From the NCBI RefSeq assembly GCF_009914755.1, contig NC_060935.1: a stretch of DNA of 64,000 nt, one strand, 5' to 3'. Below, piece by piece: positions 52,175 through 64,000 of the stretch. The translations under genes and the position numbers were made by a program. Position 1 is the stretch's first letter, and every line of letters starts with the position of its first letter. Origin of the DNA: the human T2T-CHM13v2.0 reference genome, Homo sapiens. A model generated the notes under the pieces. It was given only the letters and a program-made list of their open reading frames with translations, ran no database searches and was not told the origin of the DNA.

Positions 52175-53860
52175 GCCAGTCTTCCTGGTTTGGTTGTCAT
52201 TTCTTGACTGTATCCTGCATTCCCCATCTTACACATGTTGCTCTGCCTGGAAGGCTGTTTCCCCCTTTCTAGGGAATACCTATAAATCCTCCTGTACTCA
52301 ACTCATGGATTTCATCTCCAGGGAGCCTTTCTAAATCACCCAGCTGAATAGGTTCTCTCTCTATGTATCTCTATCATAATATTTATAGTAACCATTCATT
52401 TACATTTGGTTCTCTACTCCATACTGAGAGTTTTTTGAAGGAGAGAGTTATGTTATTTAGTTCCATAAGGCTCAAATACTGTAAGGAATGAGGCAAGATA
52501 TATATAAGCATCTAGTCATCTTTATATTCCCACTGTCTGAGACCAACATATGTTGTTTTCAATACGTATTTGTTGAATGGATAAAATATCAAAGGTAATG
52601 CTATACCCAAAAGTAATGTTCAGCAATCAAGGGAGGTTCACTTTAATTGGGACACACCAGATTCAGTATTTAATTCAGCTAGGAGGTGAGTTCAGAGAGG
52701 GCCTAGGTGTCAATGTGTCGGGAAGGCTGCGGAAGGGATTCAGGCATTAGATTTTTAATGGGGAGATTGTATTGTGCCTCATGCTTTCTAGCTGTCCTTC
52801 TGATTCAGAGCTTCCAGGGCCTTTCAACAGTGGGTTCTTTTGTTCAGCTCTGAGTCACACTGGCATGCTCCTAGACCCTGGAGCAAGGCTAGCATAAGGC
52901 ATGCTCCTAGACCCTGAAGCATAGGCATATCTATCACAGCTCAGTCTCTGAAGTCACTGACACAGCTTGCCACAATTCCATTCCATGTGGACCCTTTCAT
53001 GTGCTGCAAAGGGGCTTGTCATTAGATAATTGATATGTTTTCAATACACAGCAGTTTTAAGCATCCTTTTCGACTTTCTTCTGGGGAACAGTTGCAACAG
53101 TGCCTTTAAAATGCCAGTGAATCATTTCTAACTACAGCCTAGAATTATATGATGAAGCCATCTGTATCACACTGGGAAAATATCATGTGGCATAATTAAT
53201 TCATTGGATGTGATGATTACTTAGAATTATAGAAATACAGTATTGGAAGGACTCTCATGAGGTTTCGTAAAAAATTTTCAGACTCCTCCATAGACCTGTA
53301 TTTAAACTTACCAGAAACATAATTACTCCATTCTTTGGATAATCTAGTAAAAACTTAAATATTTGCCACTAATGAGCTTGCAAAATTGGTTAAATAACTT
53401 AATCTCTCCAGGCCTCAGTGTCTCATATTTAAAAATCAGGGCAGGAATGCATCGTCTTTATTCGAACTCTACCACTGTGATACTGAAGGTCTATGTAGAG
53501 CTTCTTCAGGGTTACTGGGGAATAAAGGGCTTCCTAGAGTAGATAGCATTCCCCTTCCACATTATTGTTTTTGTAGAACAATCTGTTATCTTTTTATGTT
53601 TCTGCCTCTGATTTTACTAGGAAAAAAAAAAGAAAGAGATATGACAAACAAAAAGTCAAGGTCACTAGGACAGACAGTGTCCAAGCTCTTCCTGCATTAA
53701 TAGGCAATGAATTTACCAACTTCACTGAGAAGAAATCCAGTGTAGAGAGTACAGGGTTTTGAGTCAGAAGATAAGATTAAGATGATGGCTCAGACCATCA
53801 CTATCTGTGAGACTCCAGGTAAGTTACTGAGTTATTTAGCATCTGGGCTGCAGACTACAG

Positions 53861-54352
53861 TGCACTTAACTTGGGTTCCCTAGAAATCAGAGCCTGAAAC
53901 AAAGGCTTTTATGGAACTACTTTATGTGGGAGTGTGATTCCAGTAACAGCCTTGAGCAATGGGGAGCTCAGTACAGGAGAAAGAACCAGTACAAAATGTG
54001 TTATTGACTTGTTGCTTGATCCCAAAAGATCATCTGAGAAGTGTATAATATGTTAGGGTGACAGAGGAGAAAACCTTTGTCTATTGGTTTCCATTCCCCA
54101 TTGGTAAACTATTTACTCTGTGGCTGTAGCTATTTTATATTTCTAATTTGTACATGTGTGGGTATCAAGTGACTCTCACAAGTGACCTACTTCCCGATTT
54201 CAAACAAGAAACTATGGGGTGAGGCAAGAGATGAGCAGTATTAGCCTGACTTGTCTATTTATAACTGCATGAAGCTGCTTGGAACCTATGCCAAACTGGT
54301 TAAGCAACTGTGGATGGAATAAGAAGTGCATCTGAAGAAATTTTTGTTATAT
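53861..54352 (-). mobile_element. ERVL-class 3' LTR (LTR16/LTR33/LTR41-like)
   Basis: cttaacttgggttccctagaaatcagagcctgaaacaaaggc...tttatgtgggagtgtgattccag resembles the reverse 3' end of ERVL LTRs. It abuts a polypurine-tract complement (caccccttg, ~54355) and ERVL internal sequence. Confidence 0.7.
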
Positions 54353-55424
54353 GTCACCCCTTGTACCACTCTGATCCACTTGTTTCCTCATTTAAGTTCC
54401 ATCTATTATAGAGGTCCCTTTTAGGTGATGAATGGATTAGGTAAATCACCTATATTCCCAATGGCTGCAACAGCTCACATGGCTCTAACTAGTATTCACC
54501 ATTTCCCTCTTAATCATCATTCTAAAAATTGCTCCTCTTTGGTTAGCACTTTAGTTAGTCTGCATAATTGTCTGGTGGGGTGACCCAGTTTTATATTCCC
54601 AAGTGATCTGAGTCCTTAATTGCTTTGCCTTTGTCAGGATTTGTTTGCAACAACTTCCCATTGATCACTAGGCACAGAAGATAAATAAGCACCTCAGTAA
54701 ACCCCCTGGACTCTCCATTGTCATTCCTGCTCCATTTTATTTTGTGGCAGCAGCTCCAGTTCATCGTGGTAATCAGCCTTGGTTATCCCTAACATGAGTA
54801 ATTTTATTTGCCTGCGAGTTCTTGGATATTAAGAGACCAAAGTGACCACATTGTAGTCATAGCTTCAAGTTCAGAGAAGCCATTACTGTCTCTCTAGTAG
54901 AATCATTTAGTTATTGGGAACAGTGCCTCTAATCTAGCAGACCTAATATTTGGGAAATAGCAAATTTTGGCAAGTGGATCACTTGAAATGATGGTGACCA
55001 AAGCCAATGCCACTTTCACTCCTTGATTCCTGGAACCATGTATCCTAGCCATTAGAGACATAGCATCATGGTTATAGGTTTACTGTATGCACTGTATCCT
55101 AAAGTACAATCTCCAATCCTGAGATGACACATTAACTGGGAATTAACAGACTATCTACTTATGGGTTTAGTCTACATGATAAAAGGAGCAGATGCTATGG
55201 TCAGACACCAATTGTTTCACATCCTTTGCTTACTACGATGATATATAAAACCCTCAGATAGTCATTCTGGCAGAGGTACTGTGGGCAAGAAAAGATAATA
55301 CATAGCCAGAGGTTTCCATGTTGGTAAGATTAAATCACTCACCAGGTCTCAATTCAGGTAAAGTTAAATTAAAGTTGAAAAAGTTTGATGTACTTAATCT
55401 TCCACTTGACTGGCTGGTCTCTTC
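54353..55424 (-). pseudogene. ERV-L internal remnant: integrase core/C-terminus and dUTPase
   Basis: Manual minus-strand translation gives ARIHGSRNQG (55049-55020), VTIISSDPLAK, LNLKL*LQCGHFGLL (GHFGLL 54847-54830), GITKADYHDEL (~54790-54757) and WVTPP (54587-54573). These are colinear with remembered HERV-L pol (ARIHGSRNQGVEVEVAPLTITPSDPLAKF...LNWKLRLPPGHFGLL...GVIDPDYQDEI...KVWVTPPG). Confidence 0.88.
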
Positions 55425-55441
55425 AAGAAACTGTTCCATAA

Positions 55442-59715
<4,274 letters not shown>

Positions 59716-59732
59716 AAGAAACTGTTCCATAA

Positions 59733-60310
59733 TAAGATTTAACATTGGCCTCTGCTCTGGTATGTTTCTCATTTCCTGGTGACAGAAGCTAAATGAGTCT
59801 CCTTCCTGCTGATGGAGATTCAAGATGAGCACATTTGCCATATAAATAGGTGCGCGTCAAGTGCCAGAGGCTGTGTTACTCTGTGTTAGTACACAGACCA
59901 CATCTCGTCAGCAGTTGAGACTGGCCTGCTACTTGTTTAAGTTTATAGTAGCCCTCCATCATCACTGTATGACCCCTGAGTTTCAGGGGTCATACAAGTC
60001 AACTAAATAGAGACGGCCACCTCTTCAAGTCTTTGATGATGTTGGTAATCTCTGCTATTTCTTCTTGAATAAAGTATTGTTTCTAACTTCCTATCTTAGT
60101 TGGTGACAGGTGAACAGTTTCAGAGGTTTTCACGTGACCCTTCTTACAATAATAATTTTTGTTCCACAGGTAAGTAGATCAAAGAGAGAATTATGTGAGC
60201 CCTTCTACTAACTATTAATTGAGGGACTGGGTTAATAACTAAAGGGTAGAACCTTGGGCTCATTGGATCCACCGTGAGTTAGAACTGTGCAAGAATTCTA
60301 GCTAATACAA
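59733..60310 (-). pseudogene. ERV-L internal remnant: protease C-terminus, RT N-terminus and integrase zinc-finger end
   Basis: The minus strand gives ILAQF*LTVDPMSPRFYPLVINPVP (protease), KQYFIQEEIAEITNIIKDLK (60082-60023; HERV-L KQYRIPGGIAEISATIKDLK), MMEGYYKLKQV (HERV-L MTVDYRKLNQV), then QRPMLN running into the L1 TSD. Confidence 0.85.
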
Positions 60311-60787
60311 ACCACCAATGTAACAAAGCTTCCTGAATTCACCCAATTTCTGATCTTTGGCATATTTCTGTTTCTAAATTCCTGCATCTCACAGCTTACC
60401 AAACTGAGAAACTGACTGCTTTCTGGATCAGATAGTCTGAAATTAAATCTTACAATGATTTTATCTAAATGTTTTTATATCTCTTGTCTTCAGCCTAAAA
60501 ATGTTTTGGAGAGTTACTGATAATGAACACTTTCTGTTCTTATTTGCCTACCCACCAGGAGTAATGTATTTTACTCACATTTTTCACACTAACAATGGGT
60601 ATAGGTGAGCCCCCCTTGTATTAAGTCTTTATTGTAATACTATATTTTTTCTTTTCAATATCTATTTTAAAGAGAACATTGGGAAGGGGAAACATAATGA
60701 TCTAGGGTTTGTTTGACAAATATAATAGCTCATGCTGGAGATGATATACACACAAATGTTCTTTCCAGCTGAAAAATCAGAATCACC

Positions 60788-61306
60788 TGCAGGGAGGAAA
60801 GATTTCTTTTCCTTACCCGTTGCTAGATTCATGACTGAAGCAACTACAGCAAAAGACAGATTACTAAGAGAAAAGCATGCACATTTATTTTATATAAGTT
60901 TTATGTAATGGGAGGCTTCAGAAATGAATAAACAGGTACACTTGTATATTTTTCTGCTTAGGTTTGATAAAGAATGGATAGCTGTGGGGAAGTATGATTG
61001 GAAAAAAGGAGTATTATGTAATGGTGATAAATTGGGAGGAAGGGGTCAACTAAGTAATGCCTGTTTGTGCAGATTCTTCTTGGCATCTCTGGGTCTTTGG
61101 ATTATTTTCCCCAGGTATAGGAATAGTAACTCTCAACTGAGGAAACTACGACCTACTTCAGAAGAATGCCAGAAAATTCTTCCTAGGTTTTGTGACTTGC
61201 TTCAGGGAAGAAGGGCAAGGGGAAAGTGAGAGCGAGCATCCTGCTTCTGCTGTTTTCTCACTGCCAGGGTTTTATACTTTGGGGTGGCATGATCTGAACT
61301 CCATCA
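60788..61306 (-). mobile_element. Solo ERV1 LTR, MER31-like
   Basis: TG...CA bounded 519-bp unit with a perfect 4-bp TSD cacc (60784-60787 and 61307-61310). Internal aaagacagattactaagagaaaagcatgcacatttatt; end ggggtggcatgatctgaactccatca. Confidence 0.85.
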
Positions 61307-62074
61307 CACCTTAAGCCAGCTAGAGTTGTTGAGTATTGGTCTTGGGAAATTAAGTGAGTTTCTGGCCTTGAGCAAATCATTTTATTCTAAGTGTTTCTTC
61401 ACCTTTCTCTATGTGACTACAATAATAATTGGCATTTACATAGTAAATTAGAATTAACAATAAACTTTGATACATACGGTCACATTTCATCTTTTCCAAA
61501 AAACTGCTAGGAAGATTGTCTGCACTTTAGTTATAAGAGCTAATATTAAAAATTGGTATCTCTCTTCCGCTCACGAAGCCATCAAGTGCCATCCATACAT
61601 AAACCTACATCTTTTTCCTCCATCTCCAATTATTTTTATATTTTCCCATACTATCTTCTTTGAACTCTTATGGTGGATGTATTAATACAACAGTATAGTG
61701 AATAAAAATAACATTGAGAGTCAAGAGAGTCACTTAAGTACATACAGGTGTTGTGAGACGCAATTAAGAAATGTGTGGGCTTTAAAGACATTACAGGGGT
61801 ATAAGAAAATGTTATTAAAAAGGTTAAGTGAAGGTGGCTGTGAGAATGGAGGTAGACTGATTTAAGTTAAATAATATTTCTAGGTTGCGATTGTAAATAC
61901 CTGGCACCTTGAAATACTTAAAACAACACAGAGATGTCAGATTATACATGCTCTATAACTGAGAAATATTTATTAAATAGATGTATACATGATTTAATTT
62001 TTCTATAATGTCAGAAATTTCCAACTTGAGATTATATCTAGTTGGCATTAAGAAATACAAATCTCTCATGCAAA

Positions 62075-63085
62075 TTCCGCAAACATTTATTGAATATTAT
62101 TTATGTATCTGGTGTTATGCTAGGTTATGCTAGATCCAATTGCTATCTTCTTGGATCTAGCAGTTCAGTGGTGTAGATGGACATTGATTAAATCATCACC
62201 AGGAAGTATAAATCTCCAACTGCAGGAATACTGTGAAAGAGATATACATGGTGATATAAGTGTTTGAAATCAAAATTTGACCTCATCAGTGAGTCAGAGT
62301 ATTACAAGGAAAAGGACAAAAGATTTGATATGTAGAGGAGAGAATAAGACTTACCCAGATGAAGAAGGAAGAGTAGCTAAGGCCAAAAAGGAGCCCATTA
62401 AAGATAACCTATTGCAAAATTTAGGATTGCAAACAGGAAGGCTGAAAGAAAGAAAATGTGGCTCAAGTACAGTGTATAAGGGTATCAAGTTTGAGAGAAT
62501 GCTACAGATAGTAGTGGTTACACTGTGCCAGGCCTTGCAGGCCATGTAAATGAGTTTTACTTTTATCTTAGGGCAATGGTCAGTTACTGAAGATTTTTAA
62601 GAGGGATAGGGAGTGACTTGAGCAGTTTTTTGTTTCAATAAGACTGATTTGGCTGCAGTTTTCGGTGAGCCAGGTAAGAGCAGATTTGGATAGATCAGTC
62701 AGTAGGTTATTCTAGCAAACCAGTGATAGATGATACTAATGAGACTGGTGGTGAGAATGAAGAGGAGGGAAGCAAAATTGTGAGGCATTAAAGTAATTAG
62801 GTCAATAGGACTGTAACTTGCATAATAAGGCTATGTCATTCACCCAAGGAGGGAGCTGTACAAGAAGACCATGTTTTGAAAGGCAGATCATTAACTTAGC
62901 TTTGAAAATATTGTGTGGGATGAATATTTGATCCTCAAGATCAGAGGAAAGAACTGTGCTGAAGATATAAGTTTGGAAATTATAACAACATGGTGATTGA
63001 AGTCTTGGGTATTAAATAGATTGCTTATGGGGGGAGTATAGGGTGAAAGAAGAGGGTCTTGTAATGAGTCTTAGAAAACTCTAAT
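62075..63085 (-). mobile_element. L2 LINE (~1 kb 3' part)
   Basis: caaacatttattgaatattatttatgtatctggtg...caggccttgcaggccatgtaaatgagttttacttttatcttagggcaatgg...gctgaagatataagtttggaaattat. Confidence 0.75.
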
Positions 63086-63149
63086 AATTAAGGGCAAGAA
63101 CTATCCTGTAAAGAAGACGAACAAAACCAGACCGAAAATAAAAAAGGAC

Positions 63150-63602
63150 TGGACAAATATATCTAACAATGAATCCCCAAAATGCTGAAGAAAAACAGGC
63201 ATAACCGAAAGGAGAAACAAATAATTCAACACAAATTATTGCTAAGGTTAATATGCTACTCTGAATAATTGATAAAATAACTAGATATAAAATCAGCAAG
63301 AGTGTAGAAGACTTGAAAAACAATAATTTAGACTTAAAAAGTAAACAATTGAGAAATCTCTAAATATTTTAAATTAATTATTACATGTATAAATAATCCA
63401 TGTGTCAAAGAAAAAACCACAGGGGAAATTAGAAAATATTTTAAAACAAAGAAAAGCAAATAAAAAAACCCCACATATCAAAGAATATAGTATTTGTTAA
63501 AACAGTGGTTAGAGGAAAATTGATAGCTTTAATAGCTGTATTAGAAAAAGAAGAAATGTCTTAAAACAATAATGTGAATTTATACTTTAAGGAATTAGAA
63601 AA
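63150..63602 (+). mobile_element. Ancient L1M ORF2 (endonuclease-region) fragment
   Basis: aaaatcagcaagagtgtagaagacttgaaaaac...aataatccatgtgtcaaagaaaaaaccacaggggaaattagaaaatatttt...aaaacagtggttagaggaaaattgatagc. Confidence 0.75.
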
Positions 63603-63658
63603 ATAGTATATGATAGCACAACAGGGTGATAATAGACAGTAATACAAAAAATCTAAGA

Positions 63659-63966
<308 letters not shown>

Positions 63967-64000
63967 AAAATCTAAGCAATCCACACCCAAAAAATTCTAG

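Overview
This is primate genomic DNA, most likely human or another catarrhine: it is AT-rich, CpG-depleted and carries AluY, AluS, AluJ, L1PA, THE1 and MST elements. I found no recognisable protein-coding exon, RNA gene, CpG island or CRISPR array, so the window looks intergenic or deep intronic. The only protein-like ORFs are disabled LINE-1 fragments; the others are low-complexity or chance ORFs. The main features are (1) a full-length ~6.15 kb L1PA5-like LINE-1 on the minus strand (32704-38849) with a 17-bp target-site duplication (TSD), a retained ZNF93-target segment, a mutated YY1 site and a broken, re-started ORF0; (2) an ancient ERV-L provirus remnant on the minus strand (LTR plus dUTPase, integrase, RT and protease fossils, ~53861-60310) that the ORF track misses, split inside integrase by a 5'-truncated L1PA6-like element (55442-59715, 17-bp TSD); (3) a complete MER6 Tigger-type DNA transposon carrying a V-SINE-like core (47915-48761); and (4) a 389-nt pyrimidine tract with a higher-order repeat and GGAA runs (29309-29697). 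There are also several nested insertions, local duplications and palindromic repair scars. I found no convincing new biological system; the findings are transposon fossils and candidate regulatory or mutational features. Subfamily calls come from remembered consensus sequences, and boundaries of old MIR, L2 and L1M copies are approximate.
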